A stretch of DNA of 63,159 nt, the filler included, from Lenisia limosa (Eukaryota; Protista; Breviatea): the NCBI GenBank assembly GCA_001655205.1. It is 13 parts of 13 records of this genome, joined end to end, with 100 filler letters (N's around TTAATTAATTAA, not from the genome) between each part and the next. Parts side by side here need not be neighbours in the genome. Positions count along the whole stretch, not along the records: positions 24,163 to 31,208 come from LPNZ01011419.1; positions 31,309 to 34,055 come from LPNZ01010327.1; positions 34,156 to 38,173 come from LPNZ01002071.1; positions 38,274 to 40,003 come from LPNZ01010603.1; positions 40,104 to 50,157 come from LPNZ01004187.1; 8 more parts are not named here. The stretch is one strand, 5' to 3'. The notes under the pieces are model-generated. The model was not told the origin of the DNA. It did not search any database and worked only from the letters and a program-made list of their open reading frames with translations. Position numbers and translations under genes: made by a program. This document shows, piece after piece, positions 27,301 through 40,129 of this stretch; positions within the stretch are counted from its first letter, which is position 1; every line of letters begins with the position of its first letter.

Positions 27301-30300
27301 NNNNNNNNNNNNNNNNNNNNNNNNNNNNNNNNNNNNNNNNNNNNNNNNCCGTTTCAGCTCAGGCGGCCAGGATTGACCATTTAAGCAAGGGTGGGAGGGG
27401 GATGATAGTGCGTATGAGGGGTGCAAGGGAGTTACAATAAGTGTGTGTGTGTTTGGGGCGTAATATATCATAAGATTAACACCTTGTGACAAAGCAAAGA
27501 TCGATCACTTAACTAGGGGTGGGGGGCAACATGAGTCAAGTGTGTGTGTGTGTGGCAAGGGGTGTCAACATATCATATACTTTTGAAACAAAATGGTGAA
27601 TCTGTATGTTTATGTGGAGTAACTTCGTTTCACTTCGGTCCGAGAAAGATCGATAAAATGTCGATATTTATTGGAACATTCAGTCTTCTTTCTAAACGAA
27701 GTAAAGCAAGCCTATTAGCAACTTACCGATTAGATGATTTCGACGCACATGGTGTGAATGAGCGTTTGCGCAAGGCTGTGGAGAGTGTGGCTGATGGTGA
27801 CGTTTTTGAACAATGTTGGATGGATGGTTTTATTTTGTTTTTGTTTTTTTCTTTTACAAATATACATATATCGAAATATATTTAGTAATTGTGATAATTT
27901 ATTATTGTTTCATTTTTGTTTTTGAAATTGCAATTATGTATTAATCAAATAGATGTCTGGTAATTTTGTACATGTTCTAATTTTTTGAGCACCGTCCTGC
28001 TCAGATTCTGAGTTAACACCCTAGTACATTCGACATTTGTTTCACTGCCCGAAAACGTACACGTAGTAGCTACTGTAATTCTCAAGCATCTCTCTGCATA
28101 TGGACTCGACCAGGTATGGGGATGGGGGGGGTCAGGAATATATCTTAATCGTCTCCTATATATAGTGACCGGGATAAGTCTTCACCTATTTTTCTTGAGA
28201 AATCACATAGCGAACAGTCAAGACTTATCTCTGTCACTGTATTTCGAAGAATATCGGGGATAGCACTTTCAATTTTACTCTGGCCTGATGATGTTGGTGG
28301 TATTTCTAAAAAGCTCTTGTGTCGCCAGCCATCCGGGTTGATTTCGTGCTTTCCAATGTTTCCTTTTTTTTACCGCAGGTTGCCACACTATCCCGCACTG
28401 GACTGCATCGTTTCAACGCCGGCTCCACAATGCACCTTCCCGGCCCAACCATGAGAGGTGCTGTTTTGAGCTTATAGATGTTTTTGTTTTTTGTTTTTGC
28501 GTTCCTTGTAACTATTTCTTTCGGTTTTCCTTCAATCTCATCAGACTTCAAGTGGCTTTAGACACTATCTTGCAACTCTTTCGGGAATTGACTTTTGAAA
28601 ACTTGTGTTCTTGAATTGTCTTGCTATTCCAGTTTCATTATCGCAGACTTGGATATTCTGACAGTTACGGGTGCCGGTACCAACGCCCAGCAATCCAGCA
28701 AGCCCATGCCAGGGNNNNNNNNNNNNNNNNNNNNNNNNNNNNNNNNNNNNNNNNNNNNNNNNNNNNNNNNNNNNNNNNNNNNNNNNNNNNNNNNNNNNNN
28801 NNNNNNNNNNNNNNNNNNNNNNNNNNNNNNNNNNNNNNNNNNNNNNNCAAAGTTGATTTTGTGCCTATTTTGTTTCATAAATTTCCCAATCTCACCCTCC
28901 CCCTTCAGATTATTTCGTTTCGTGATTAGAGCCTTTACGCCAATATTCTTCGTCGAAATCCTTCGTGTTACTCCCCCCTCCCCAGGTCCCTTCTAGCACA
29001 CTTGGACCGTACCAAAACCTCCATGGGTGCTCGACTCCTACGCCAATGGGTGTGTCAACCTCCTGCTGATTATTCGTTGGAAGGGGGGGTAATGGTTATT
29101 ATAATTTTTTGTCAACCCACTGATGATTATGCTTGGGTCGTTCAGTTTTATTTGAGCAATAATTAAGACTCTCATTTAAAATCTCTTGTTCCAAGATTAA
29201 TCAGAGCAACTAATATCCATGATTCTGTACGGATTTCCTTTTAAAATTCCTATTCAATTCTACAGGTTTCCTCTTACAAATCCCTTACAAATATAAAGGG
29301 ACGTCATATTGCGTCAACAGTCTGTTATAGCCTTGGCAGAAGGGCCGCCTGAATGCTTCCAAAGGTAATGAGGGGGGGAGTATGCAAAATGTTATATCAT
29401 AATATACATATAGTATAATATAATAAAACTTGAAGTAATGTATTATCATACAGTGGCCAGGATAAGTATTAACTTCTCTAAAGAAATNNNNNNNNNNNNN
29501 NNNNNNNNNNNNNNNNNNNNNNNNNNNNNNNNNNNNNNNNNNNNNNNNNNNNNNNNNNNNNNNNNNNNNNNNNNNNNNNNNNNNNNNNNNNNNNNNNNNN
29601 NNNNNNNNNNNNNNNNNNNNNNNNNNNNNNNNNNNNNNNNNNNNNNNNNNNNNNNNNNNNNNNNNNNNNNNNNNNNNNNGCAGGTTGCACTGTGGCAAGG
29701 CCCAACCAGCCGAGTTCGTTGCACTGATGGAAGCGTTTACCAAGTACGTTTGGAGGGATTTCGCGTGAACGTGTAATATTCCTGAATAAGTATTAATGCC
29801 TTGGGCTTCACTTCAATTTATCTAGAAATTCAGTTTTTTTTTTTTTTTTNNNNNNNNNNNNNNNNNNNNNNNNNNNNNNNNNNNNNNNNNNNNNNNNNNN
29901 NNNNNNNNNNNNNNNNNNNNNNNNNNNNNNNNNNNNNNNNNNNNNNNNNNNNNNNNNNNNNNNNNNNNNNNNNNNNNNNNNNNNNNNNNNNNNNNNNNNN
30001 NNNNNNNNNNNNNNNNNNNNNNNNNNNNNNNNNNNNNNNNNNNNNNNNNNNNNNNTGATGACATCAAGGACGTGTCCATAGTGTGTCAGGCTGCCCTCGA
30101 CTCTATTGACTGCAGCGTAGCCGGCAACTTGCCTTGTGGGATTCTAGGGGAGCCCATTATCGGGTATAATATGAGTTTTATTGTAGTATCTCTTAGTGGC
30201 TTCCACTTCGGTTCGAAAAACACCGTTAAAATATCGATAATTTTCACATATTTATCGAGATATTTAATTGAGGAATTGCATCCAAAATTATTACATATCG

Positions 30301-31110
30301 AGATGGGGAAAAGGTTGTATATGACGTACGTCGTCGACAGAACCACGCTTATTGATACGAGATATTGGATCACACTGTAACACCAATTCACTCAATCATT
30401 TGCCTATTACTAACTTAAGGCTTGTTATTTTGCGAATGTTCCAATTATTATCACTAAAAACCAAATAACAAAAAGAGCAAAAAAAACAATCCCAAACCCC
30501 TTTTTGACGCATTTCCAGCGGTGAAGGACAAAACGCCGATGTTTGCTGTTTCAGGACTATTCCAACGGGTTGATGAGGTTAAGGAGGTGGGAAAGCCATG
30601 GCTTCATTATATTGATGATCTCGGTTAGTATGTGGGTCAACACGAGGGCTTAGGCCTGATACTTGATAAGGTTAATGAGATGAGAACGACTGATCATTAT
30701 GACAGCGGTTTTGGGTTATGATTATGGGACAATCATTGTTCTTGTTATTTTTATTATGTAATACCCCTCCACATACAATATTCTACATAGCAGCTACCCG
30801 CTCCGCACTTACATACAAATCAATATGTACTTGTATCATTACCTGTTTTAATAATGCACCCCCCTCAAATGTACGCCGGAGTGATAGGATCCGGTGCTGT
30901 AGAAGCAAGTGCTGTAGAAGCTTTTTTTAGCGACTGGCCTGGGCGTTTTTTTTTTTTTTTNNNNNNNNNNNNNNNNNNNNNNNNNNNNNNNNNNNNNNNN
31001 NNNNNNNNNNNNNNNNNNNNNNNNNNNNNNNNNNNNNNNNNNNNNNNNNNNNNNNNNNNNNNNNNNNNNNNNNTAGAAGATCTTGAAACTGAGTTCAACC
31101 AGCATCTTTT
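24385..31110 (+). CDS. MSH3: DNA mismatch repair protein MSH3, partial with many gaps
   Basis: KYTPLEQQFLEFKRRVPDAVFAIE/VGYRYKFMGDDAEIASKVL...SIPTHRVDVHCRR/LVSAGYKVGIVNQTETAALK/...RKLTAVYTKSTL; GVQPHTGEIIWDEFED; GSLLAHLDRTKTSMGARLLRQWV. These are MSH3-diagnostic. Confidence 0.94.
28163..28239. mobile_element. Tc1/mariner-type MITE copy in an MSH3 intron
   Basis: ta|tagtgaccgggataagtctt ... aagacttatctctgtcactg|ta. Confidence 0.75.
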
Positions 31111-31308
31111 GTCTTGTAGAGGTTGGGGGACACCAAAATCGTAGAATTGTTACGATTGTTTAAATTAAAATTACTATTCTGGTGAGTGTTGTAATGGGGG
31201 GGGGGGGGNNNNNNNNNNNNNNNNNNNNNNNNNNNNNNNNNNNNNNNNNNNNTTAATTAATTAANNNNNNNNNNNNNNNNNNNNNNNNNNNNNNNNNNNN
31301 NNNNNNNN

Positions 31309-33863
31309 CTATTGAGGCAGCCGCCTCCGAGAGTACCACCCGCATAGATCAGACTATCTAAAATGTTGAGAAAATGAAAACACAGGGTGGGCGGGGGTCT
31401 AATAATGATGAGAAATTGCAACAACCTAAGAAAAAAGAACACAAAGGGTGATATAAAAACAATACAAACCTCCAGTTCCCCAGGTAACGCTGTTTTCTGC
31501 AGGGCTCTGTGCGTTTGTTGAGGCTGAATCCATCAATCAAAATAATATAAAGAAGGGTGCTATTCCAAAAAAATGTCACGGATATCCGAACAAAAATCTT
31601 CGTTGACGTAATCTTTATACTGCTTTTTCACAAAATTTGACGAAGATTTTGGTCAGTACGATAATCACATTTGCTCTCTTACGTCAATAATAATTGCTAT
31701 ATTTAAACTAAGTATAAATCACGCAGGTTATACTCGGTCTTGATTCTATTTGTGGTTTATTCGAGCCAGTACTGGGTTGGCACCGTGCTTTAAGGTCCCG
31801 TTCAAATATTATAATAGCATTTACAATATAATATACTGAAGAAAAATACAAATGGGTGGTATCTCGACACCATCACTAAGAGGAGATATTAATAATTATA
31901 TAATATGAAATACTGTAAGGAAAATGATTAGGTGAATTAATCAACACTATAACCTTATTAGCATGATCGTGTGGACGGTTTAGGCCAGATGCGTTGAAAT
32001 GAGGAATACAAAATAGATTAATAATTAGTGTACTCACCAGCACTGTCATCCATGCCGCCAACAAAGCCATTGACTTTGGCCAAAGTGAAGTCTGTTGTGA
32101 TCTGCGATCCAACAACCGGCAGCTCTAGAGTCACAACCGTTGTCTGGAAAAATAACGTTAACTCGATATACTTTATTGACTAAAGACTCACGGCAGTAGT
32201 CTGGGAATTAGATTTTCAAACTATGGTATAAGATACATATGATATATGATATACTGGGTGTAATATATGATAATAGTATATAGTATATATCATATAGATA
32301 ACATTTGTTATGTCTACATACTATATGATATGGTATGCATGAATCCCCCCCCCCCCCCNNNNNNNNNNNNNNNNNNNNNNNNNNNNNNNNNNNNNNNNNN
32401 NNNNNNNNNNNNNNNNNNNNNNNNNNNNNNNNNNNNNNNNNNNNNNNNNNNNNNNNNNNNNNNNNNNNNNNNNNNNNNNNNNNNNNNNNNNNNNNNNNNN
32501 NNNNNNNNNNNNNNNNNNNNNNNNNNNNNNNNNNNNNNNNNNNNNNNNNNNNNNNNNNNNNNNNNNNNNNNNNNNNNNNNNNNNNNNNNNNNNNNNNNNN
32601 NNNNNNNNNNNNNNNNNNNNNNNNNNNNNAATACTATTGGGAAGGGGGATAAGAATGAAATAGGTAGCCTACTGTTTGATGTGAATGTCATTGGCAGATC
32701 AGTGGGATCGAAACTGAACCAACGAAGCCTGAAATGTTACGTGGGGATGCAGATAAAACAATACATACAAACATTCCATAGTACATATATAATAATTATT
32801 ATGATAATATGACATATAATATAATATATTATCATACTATATTATAAACATCATACTATCATATCTTGATATAATATACTATATACAAATACTATGTATA
32901 ATGATCATCATAACATATTATGCAGAATATATGTTAGTATTGTAATGTATTAATTGATCATAGATCNNNNNNNNNNNNNNNNNNNNNNNNNNNNNNNNNN
33001 NNNNNNNNNNNNNNNNNNNNNNNNNNNNNNNNNNNNNNNNNNNNNNNNNNNNNNNNNNNNNNNNNNNNNNNNNNNNNNNNNNNNNNNNNNNNNNNNNNNN
33101 NNNNNNNNNNNNNNNNNNNNNNNNNNNNNNNNNNNNNNNNNNNNNNNNNNNNNNNNNNNNNNNNNNNNNNTATTCCGTATCATCAACATAGTCAACCACC
33201 TAAGATTGTTATCATCGTCAACCACCTAAAATTGTTATCGGCGTGATGGTGTGGACGGCTTCAGTTATATACAACCTTCCCCTCGACACCCCCCTCCGCC
33301 TCACCTCATCACAGGAAGAAGGAAGAGTATCAAGAAGAATTTCCTCCTAAAAAGCATGAAAAACAAATTCAATAAATAAAACCTTGCGGCGGTTGTTCTT
33401 ATTCCCTATGTGTACATTCAGGTATATAATATGATATAGTATATCATATAATATATCGATAAATAGTGTATCATATACTACTATCTATATTTAATATAAT
33501 TATATACTACTATTATGTATATTACTTGAACTCTATGTAATTAATCGAGAAGGATAACATATTGGAACAAGAGCCACATTTCAGATTCGTAATTTCATTT
33601 AAAAAATTCTTCAAAAAGTAAATTGCACAGATAGTTTGTACATTATTTAATTGACAAATTTAGATTAAAGCGTCTGAAATGGAGTTCCCATGACAATAGG
33701 TCTCACTAACCCTCAATAAACTCTCGATAAACTCAATAAACCCTCGATAAGCCCCCCTTTCCCACCTTGCCAAACATGCAGACAGCCACCCGGGTATCAT
33801 TGAGGACCATGTACATGTCACCGTGTCGATATTCGCCGCAGCCCGCACCGATCTCCTTGGGGT
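31309..33863 (-). CDS. Unidentified multi-exon protein fragment
   Basis: AG/GT-bounded minus-strand exons DPKEIGAGCGEYRHGDMYMVLNDTRVAVCMFG / LRWFSFDPTDLPMTFTSNS / TTVVTLELPVVGSQITTDFTLAKVNGFVGGMDDSA / ASTNAQSPAENSVTWGTG / DSLIYAGGTLGGGCLN; intron T-richness is on the minus strand. Confidence 0.55.
31553..31787 (-). mobile_element. Copy of the CAGGGTGCCAACCC-TIR element
   Basis: Ends aagggtgctattcc / gggttggcaccgtg; internal similarity to 8717-8932 in reverse orientation. Confidence 0.65.
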
Positions 33864-35129
33864 CTGGGGGGAGGGGTAAAGAAAAATTTATTTAACAAAA
33901 AAAAAGAGTCCAAAATCCACATGAGAGTTGATAAGAACAAAACAAAGCCCAGACCAGTCGCTTCTGCATCACTCCAATGTACTCAATGTGGGGGAGAAAA
34001 AACGAGGGAAATATCGATGAAGAATATAAATATTGGCTTAAAAAACACTTTTATANNNNNNNNNNNNNNNNNNNNNNNNNNNNNNNNNNNNNNNNNNNNT
34101 TAATTAATTAANNNNNNNNNNNNNNNNNNNNNNNNNNNNNNNNNNNNNNNNNNNNCAGGGGGAGGGGGGGGGGGAGGGAGTAAGGATAAGAAGGGAGTGA
34201 GGGTATCTGATGCAAATGGCATGTAATTTGCACATTTACCTCCCATGGGGATCCTCATATTGATTAAATTCCACTATTCCGGCCGCATGGACTGCCCGGT
34301 TCATGTTTAGGAACCAATTTAGGTTGGTAATAATGAAAATTTGGCGAAATGTGACCAGGTTAATGGGTCCAAACGTTAAATTTCATGATAAAACATTGAA
34401 CACCTGGGAGCTAAATTGTGGGAGCTTATTTGGGCGAAATGTTACGACTATTTCAAATTGTAAATTACAAATTGTGGCTCAATTGCAAAAATACACAAAA
34501 CTAGAAACTGCATTTTGGACAAAACATGAATCGGGAAGTCGATGCGGCCGTAACATTGAAAAATAACAAAAGTGCAAATGACCACACATTTCCATATTTG
34601 CACACATTGGGAGGATCCTCCTTTTAATCAACATTCCGGCCGCATGGACTGCCCGATTGCTAAATCCACAAATACACAAATAAAAACGATGATGGTTAAT
34701 AATAACATTTAATCACAATGGGCAGTAAAACTGGAGGATCTCAATGCTGTGTAAATATGCAAATGTTACCCAATTGCAAAAGTACAATAACTTAGGCAAA
34801 CGATACACAGACGGTCCTTTTGATAGCCTATTAGAGTCTTTACAATTAGATCCCCTTCGAAATTCAAAAAAACGTCCTCAACTATTTGCACAACCCCAGT
34901 ATATGCCCCTCACTATCATATCATCATATAAAACGTTCCAACCTTTTCGCATTCATTCGGCTCCACTGAAGACTCCTCTCCTTCAAAACAGACCTGTCAG
35001 GTTAGAGAAAGATGAAATCCCAGCCACCAGCCTTGTCCTTTAACTTATATGTTTCTGGATTTGCCCACCCCCACCAATTTATGTATCCTCATTGATTGCG
35101 CCCCTACCGCCGACACACTATCTCATATC

Positions 35130-35229
35130 TAGGGTTTCACTTCGGTTCAAAAAAAGACTGAATTTCTCGATGAATCCTCGAAATTGATCGATAATTTACC
35201 GGTTTTTTTCGAACCGAAGTGAAGCCCTA
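35130..35229. mobile_element. hAT-like MITE with perfect 8-bp TSD
   Basis: ctcatatc|tagggtttcacttcggttcaaaaaaa ... tttttttcgaaccgaagtgaagcccta|ctcatatc. Confidence 0.88.
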
Positions 35230-35409
35230 CTCATATCAATGTCAACACACCCCCCCCTCCAATCCACACCCGTGGAAAAGTCCAAATCAAACCCCNNNNN
35301 NNNNNNNNNNNNNNNNNNNNNNNNNNNNNNNNNNNNNNNNNNNNNNNNNNNNNNNNNNNNNNNNNNNNNNNCACACAAGCCAGAAAAAAGAACAATAATA
35401 ACACCCCGC

Positions 35410-36530
35410 ACCATATCCACATCGATTGAGGCGTCATAACACGCCCGCACTCTGGCATCGGTATTATTGCTTGGCTGACACGTGATATACTGACAATGAC
35501 CGCATATGGAAGATCTGAAGGGTGTATATAAGGAGGGGTAAATATACATGTATAGTAGATCTTAAGGGGGGGGGGGGGNNNNNNNNNNNNNNNNNNNNNN
35601 NNNNNNNNNNNNNNNNNNNNNNNNNNNNNNNNNNNNNNNNNNNNNNNNNNNNNNNNNNNNNNNNNNNNNNNNNNNNNNNNNNNNNNNNNNNNNNNNNNNN
35701 NNNNNNNNNNNNNNNNNNNNNNNNNNNNNNNNNNNNNNNNNNNNNNNNNNNNNNNNNNNNNNNNNNNNNTGCTGATCTTTGAACCAAGAACTGGGCTACT
35801 GAGAAGAAAGGTGACAACGAGTATCATGCTGGAGGGGTAGGGGGGAGTGAAATTGGAAAATGTATGAAACAAAAAAAAAGCCCAAAATCAACTCTGTTGG
35901 GTGAAAACACACGAGGGACAATAAAACAAACAAAGCCCAGGTAGATGATATGATAGTATGTATTATACAATACACGATAATTCAATATCTCATATAAGCG
36001 TGATGGTGTAGACGGCTTCGGCCATATACAACTTTGTTTTTTTATTTCTCATTGCTATATCGAACTGAATGTGGTGGGATTTTTGGTATGGGTGCGTATG
36101 GTCCATCACATGAGTGGATATGGTATCTAAATAGAAGATTTTGATATTGGAAAACTGCCTTATGTATTGAAATACTATATGTAGCAAAATGAGAATTGGT
36201 ATTTTGCGTGTCATATGTGTTTTTATCCTACCATTTCTGTCACATCATTGAACTCTACGTTCTCTCCAACATATCCCCCCCATTAAGTTAACATTTTGAC
36301 AATTTAGCAATTCAGTTCCTTTTTGGCATCCTCTGGAAGCCCTAGTTCCAAACAGCAACATTCCTCCCCAAGATTCCCCCTTAGTTACCACCATACCCCA
36401 ATAATTCACCATCACCAACATACCCCATTCCTCCAAAAAACAACCCCCCCAATAATTCACCATCACCAACATACAGAGTGGTTTGACCTCGCATTGTGTC
36501 TTGTTTCGCGTGAACTTCAGGAGAAGGTAT
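35410..36530 (-). CDS. Possible minus-strand hypothetical gene fragment
   Basis: cag|atcttccatatg...gatatg|gtgcgg and ctcctgaag|ttcacg...ctct|gtatgt exon-like pieces; frames unresolved. Confidence 0.3.
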
Positions 36531-36729
36531 GAATGCAAGGGGGGGGGGGNNNNNNNNNNNNNNNNNNNNNNNNNNNNNNNNNNNNNNNNNNNNNNNNNNN
36601 NNNNNNNNNNNNNNNNNNNNNNNNNNNNNNCTGATTGTTTTGGTCAACTTCTCGTCAACTTGTCAACTTCTGCACTTCTGCACTTCTGCCTTCTGCAACC
36701 AACTGCTTGCGCGTCACCAAATACACATC

Positions 36730-37290
36730 GGATTGCGGGGGAGTAGAGTGCTTCGGATATCGCTGATGACACGTCATTCCAGCCGCGGGCCGCGGGACTG
36801 CTCCCAAGGTTTTGGGTATTTTTGTGGGGGAGAAGCCTCTTTCGCAAGTATTTAGCAAGGGATAATCTAATTACAAGATGTGTAGTTGAAATTTCATCCA
36901 AAGATGTTGATTTCCTGGCAAGTCGTTCTTCTTTTCCTCTCCTTTTCCCTACGAGGAATCGAGAGCGATTTAGCAGGTATGCATTATTTAAACTGGTGAT
37001 GTAGAATCATATTCCACCCGTCTCTAACTGATTAATTGTTTAATTTACCTTTAGCTCATGTTGAAGACCGAACCCTTATCCCTCTTTTCATTGATCTGCT
37101 GCATCTTAGTGGCTCTCCTCCAATCAATGAAAGTGAGGCTGGACTAGTAGCGCTGTTCTCGTGTTTGCTTCCTTCTTCTCACCTCCAGACATCTTCAATG
37201 CCAATCAAGGTACGCTCCCGCAGGTTATGCGAGGCGAGAAGGCGATTACATTGGACCTTGTTGTTCCCCCGTTGAAATATGTAAGCTGGG
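36730..37290 (+). CDS. Hypothetical multi-exon gene fragment
   Basis: Strong pyrimidine acceptors and GT donors bound CVVEISSKDVDFLASRSSFPLLFPTRNRERFS / HVEDRTLIPLFIDLLHLSGSPPINE / IFNANQGTLPQVMRGEKAITLDLVVPPLKY. Confidence 0.45.
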
Positions 37291-37803
37291 CATGTTGCGG
37301 GGGGGGGGGCTATTCATTTTGTACTGAGCTAAAATATTTTGCAAATAAGGGTTCTCTTCTTGGTGTTGTTGTGATATTTGTACAGTTGCTGTTGTTAAAT
37401 CGGAAATATGAAATATGAAATATGAAGGAAGTAAGGGTTCTCTGTTTTTACACAGTAAAGTCACTATCGAAATTGGGATCATAAAGATCCGGCGGCTAAC
37501 TGTGCTCACAAAAAACGTCCACAGAAAACGACAGAAAAACTAGGAGGGGGAATTCAAGTGAAAAAGACTTGGCTCGTTCCACTTTCCCTTTATAGTTTTT
37601 ACAAGGATTACGAGATATTGGGGGCAGGGTAAAGTGCGCCGGTATTTCATATGAGGTTTTTATTCAAAGTTATAAATATATGGTATGATACCGCATATCC
37701 ACTTGTGATAATTGACTGACAAGTCTCTGATATACTCGTGTATCTTCGTTCAATATTTGTAGTCGAAATTTGGTGATATGATCATTGCACTAGTGGATAT
37801 GGG

Positions 37804-37905
37804 TAGGGTTTCACTTCGGTTCGAAAAAACCCCGTTAAAATATCGACAGTTTTCGAGGATTTATCGAGAAATTCAGTCTTTTTTTGAACCGAAGTGAAAG
37901 CCGTG
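37804..37905. mobile_element. hAT-like MITE with perfect 8-bp TSD
   Basis: gatatggg|tagggtttcacttcggttcgaaaaaac ... tttttgaaccgaagtgaaagccgtg|gatatggg. Confidence 0.88.
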
Positions 37906-38386
37906 GATATGGGTTAGCTTTCCTTTCACTCACTATTCCAGCTTGAATCAGGACAGTTCTCCTCAATCCCCATCTTACCAGTAGCACTTCAGCCCCTCTA
38001 CAACTTGCCTGTGGTGGGACATGTCAAAGCAGTACATGATAATATTGATATCATACTGAATAGAAAGTATGGCTTTGTAACATAGTATAATAATATTGAC
38101 ATAATTTAATGAATAGCAAGTGTGGCTTCTTTCTCGGGAATGCAAGTTTTATTCAATTAAACAGTTTTTTTCTNNNNNNNNNNNNNNNNNNNNNNNNNNN
38201 NNNNNNNNNNNNNNNNNTTAATTAATTAANNNNNNNNNNNNNNNNNNNNNNNNNNNNNNNNNNNNNNNNNNNNCTGCAGCGCGGGGTAAAAGTGTGACCA
38301 ACATCTCAAAACGCACGATTTCTGACCTAGTGGGGGGTTGACGAATACTCTGTGACCATTTCTGTTTTCCTTTTAGAGTATTTTTC

Positions 38387-38486
38387 TAAGACTTCCCTAA
38401 GGTCCGAAAAAGACCGGTCAAATATCGATATTTATCGAGGATTTATCGATAAATTCAGTCTTTTTTGGGACCGTTGTGAAGTCCTA
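38387..38486. mobile_element. hAT-like MITE copy
   Basis: taagacttccctaaggtccgaaaaagac ... gtcttttttgggaccgttgtgaagtccta. Further copies or fragments at 925-995, 25721-25817, 27624-27714, 30198-30280, 56695-56798, 59599-59681. Confidence 0.8.
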
Positions 38487-39722
38487 ATTTTATCCGAATT
38501 TGTATTATTCACCCAAAGATTTGCCGTTTAACTTGACTTATATAAATGAACGAGTTTATAGCTAGATTATACTGCACTGCCAAATTGAGCTTTTTCTTTA
38601 GTCAGTTGTTGTACTCAAATCAAAGTGAAACCTGCAGTAAAGCTTCATTCACCAGTTGATTGACATCATCATCACCTCACTCACACCTTTCAGGAAAAGC
38701 TCCATATTCAGCACATAGCTGAGGCTGAGACTCTCTATCAAATGCACAAATTGCAGCAGCAAAGTGAGCAGAGGGGGGGGGGTATCAAAGAATTTGATTT
38801 AATGATATTTTAAAAGCTCTTTGCAAATAATTTGAAGAAATTGACAAAATTTGAAATTAAAGTGTCTGAAATTGAGTTTACATTACAATATGTTGCACTT
38901 NNNNNNNNNNNNNNNNNNNNNNNNNNNNNNNNNNNNNNNNNNNNNNNNNNNNNNNNNNNNNNNNNNNNNNNNNNNNNNNNNNNNNNNNNNNNNNNNNNNN
39001 NNNNNNNNNNNNNNNNNNNNNNNNNNNNNNNNNNNNNNNNNNNNNNNNNNNNNNNNNNNNNNNNNNNNNNNNNNNNNNNNNNNNNNNNNNNNNNNNNNNN
39101 NNNNNNNNNNNNNNNNNNNNNNNNNNNNNNNNNNNGGGAGGCAAATGCCACTGAATCGTTTTTCATTACACTAATCTTACTCATATGTATCTATGATATT
39201 TAATAACAGTTTGGTAACAAAATGTCAAGAAGAACTGTAATCTACTGTAATCTCCATCACTTTCTCATTTACTACTGTAACGTTTCATCGATACCCCAAT
39301 TGACTCCCAGAACCTGGTATTGACAAGCTTCACTTTCGGTCACAATTCGAAAAACCGAAAAACCTCGATTTGTAAAAGCTCTGTCCTGAACATTATCAAC
39401 AGAAACCCTGTTTTGAAAAGGGTAATTCCTTTAGGGGAATCACTATGGCGCAATGATTTGGGATTCTGAGAACGTTGGAATTCCCGTATGTTACGTTACA
39501 TGGGAATCTCACAGAAATTTGTGGGATTCCCAATCCCAAGTCGATGCGCCTTTGAGAATGATAGATATCTGAAGATGGGACTAAAAGGAAGTCGCTGAAG
39601 GATCGTCAACATGAACTGGTGGGATAAATTTTTTTCTAATAACCCCAGTCTTTTCGGACCGAGGGAAGCCCAAGTCATTAAAAACAAAGTGCATATTACA
39701 ATAGAAACGGGGTGAAACAAAA

Positions 39723-40003
39723 CTAGAATTTCCTAAGCTTGGACGGAATTTCTCCGGCCTGGGCTTGCTGTAAACGTCTTCTCAGCGAGGCGCCAACACC
39801 CTCGGTTTTGAGGGGGAGTTTAGATCGTGGGGATGGAATGGACGAAGTCGTTTTATAGGCTGAGGAGTGGGAGAGGGACGAGAAGGATGAAGATGGTAAC
39901 GACGACATTGACACGGGATTCAGGAGGGCAGATGAGAGGCTTGATGGGCCTTTGCTGAGATTAAGGGGGGAAATGGCGGGGTGTGTGACGGAGGGAAGGG
40001 GGG
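39723..40003 (-). CDS. Possible end of a Ser/Pro-rich hypothetical coding exon
   Basis: Open minus-strand frame ending ...LRRRLQQAQAGEIPSKLRKF*; low complexity, no family. Confidence 0.25.
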
Positions 40004-40129
40004 NNNNNNNNNNNNNNNNNNNNNNNNNNNNNNNNNNNNNNNNNNNNTTAATTAATTAANNNNNNNNNNNNNNNNNNNNNNNNNNNNNNNNNNNNNNNNN
40101 NNNATATGCATGATATATATTTGACGGCA

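Noticed and set aside
26749-39203. Long ORFs containing X runs
   Set aside because: Open only because they cross N gaps; not evidence of coding.
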